A stretch of DNA of 64,000 nt, taken from NCBI GenBank assembly GCA_012729505.1, contig JAAYDA010000072.1, forward strand, positions 76,162 to 140,161. Direction: 5' to 3'. Shown here piece after piece: positions 63,092-64,000 of the stretch (the first letter of the stretch is position 1; every line of letters begins with the position of its first letter). The DNA comes from Syntrophomonadaceae bacterium (GTDB lineage: Bacteria; Bacillota; Syntrophomonadia; Syntrophomonadales; DTU052). The notes beneath the pieces were generated by a model that had not been told where the DNA came from, ran no database searches, and worked only from the letters and a program-made list of their open reading frames with translations. Made by a program: the position numbers and the translations under genes.

Positions 63092-64000
63092 CAGGAACAG
63101 CTCCTCCCTTGTGAACCTCGTCATGCTTAATGATTTCATGGGCCGCCTTGTTTATCGCATTAACATAAGCTCTTACACTGGCCTCAATAACATCGGTAGA
63201 TAAACCGCGTCCCAAAATTTTCAGGTTTCCTACCGTTACCTTGACTACTACCTCCCCTTGAGCATCCTTTCCTTCAGTCACCGCATTCAATTTGTATTCC
63301 TCCAAAATCCCCGGAATTCCTGTAATGCTGTCAATGGCATTACAAGCAGCTTCAACCGGTCCGGTGCCGCAGGCGGCCTCTTCCACCAATCCTTTGCTCC
63401 CAATCAAACCCACCGTTGCCGTTGGAACTACGGTGCTACCTCCGGTAAAATGCAGGTACTGGAGCTTAAAACGCTCGGGAACCGTCCAGATCTGATCTCT
63501 GACCAAGGCTTCTATATCGTAGTCGGTCACATCTTTCTTACGGTCCGCCAAATCCTTGAAACGAGTGAAGGCCTGGGCCAGTTCCTCTTCGGACAAAATA
63601 TACCCCAGCTCTTTCAAGCGTTCATTGAAGGCATGACGTCCCGAGTGTTTCCCTAATACCAGATTGATCTTGGGCAATCCAATCAATTCGGGGCTCATAA
63701 TCTCATAAGTGGTTCTTTCTTTCAGCACTCCATCCTGATGTATCCCCGACTCATGAGCAAAAGCGTTTTTGCCCACTATGGCTTTGTTGGCTTGAATGGG
63801 CATCCCGGTTATGGAACTAACCATGCGAGAAGTCCGGTAGATTTGACTGTAGTCAATGCCAACTTCTTTATTATAAGTAGCCTTACGAGTGTAAAGCGCC
63901 ATTATCACTTCTTCCAGACTGGCATTCCCGGCTCGTTCACCAATGCCGTTAATAGTGCCCTCCACCTGGCGGGCTCCATTTTTTATTGCGGCCAGGGAAT
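63072..64000 (-). CDS. leuA: 2-isopropylmalate synthase, C-terminal about 300 aa (the gene continues beyond the window end)
   Basis: The open frame runs to the window edge and contains [22 protein letters not shown] and a LeuA-dimer C-terminal domain. Confidence 0.85.
   Translation of the reverse strand, partial: SLAAIKNGARQVEGTINGIGERAGNASLEEVIMALYTRKATYNKEVGIDYSQIYRTSRMVSSITGMPIQANKAIVGKNAFAHESGIHQDGVLKERTTYEIMSPELIGLPKINLVLGKHSGRHAFNERLKELGYILSEEELAQAFTRFKDLADRKKDVTDYDIEALVRDQIWTVPERFKLQYLHFTGGSTVVPTATVGLIGSKGLVEEAACGTGPVEAACNAIDSITGIPGILEEYKLNAVTEGKDAQGEVVVKVTVGNLKILGRGLSTDVIEASVRAYVNAINKAAHEIIKHDEVHKGGAVPDGNDNN

Overview
This is a 64-kb chromosomal segment from a low-to-mid GC Gram-positive anaerobe, probably a Clostridia-class endospore former. 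That placement is inferred from several features: GGAGG ribosome-binding sites, a glmS ribozyme, the cdaA-cdaR-glmM-glmS operon, CotH, a sporulation-type kinase H-box and an agrBD locus. About 60 genes are present, mostly on the minus strand, and most are housekeeping. They include phoPR-pstS, a metal ABC importer, gdhA, azlCD, SPFH/NfeD, several CoA-metabolism genes, a sigma-54 regulated abfD-acyl-CoA ligase operon and a leuA-leuCDB-cimA operon. I found no transposase, integrase, phage gene, CRISPR array or recognisable defence gene. Five signals are not explained by the ORF track. (1) A 43-codon AgrD-like autoinducer precursor overlaps the agrB stop codon. This agr locus lacks AgrC/AgrA and is instead flanked by a 5-TM protein and an orphan multi-TM PAS kinase. 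(2) A roughly 330-370 bp non-coding element bounded by terminal inverted repeats occurs twice (about 36985-37327 and 50536-50908). Its 211-bp core, bounded by its own inverted repeats, sits in opposite orientation relative to the element arms in the two copies, and one hairpin shows a compensatory base change. (3) A roughly 100-136 bp structured intergenic repeat occurs four times. (4) A 71-bp diverged fragment of the 3' end of the SGNH-like gene forms a direct repeat around a translationally coupled two-gene cassette of unknown function. (5) A CotH-DUF4956-VTC triad is present. All functional calls come from motifs I recognise in the translated ORFs. No database search was run, so family names are recognition-level and start codons are approximate.
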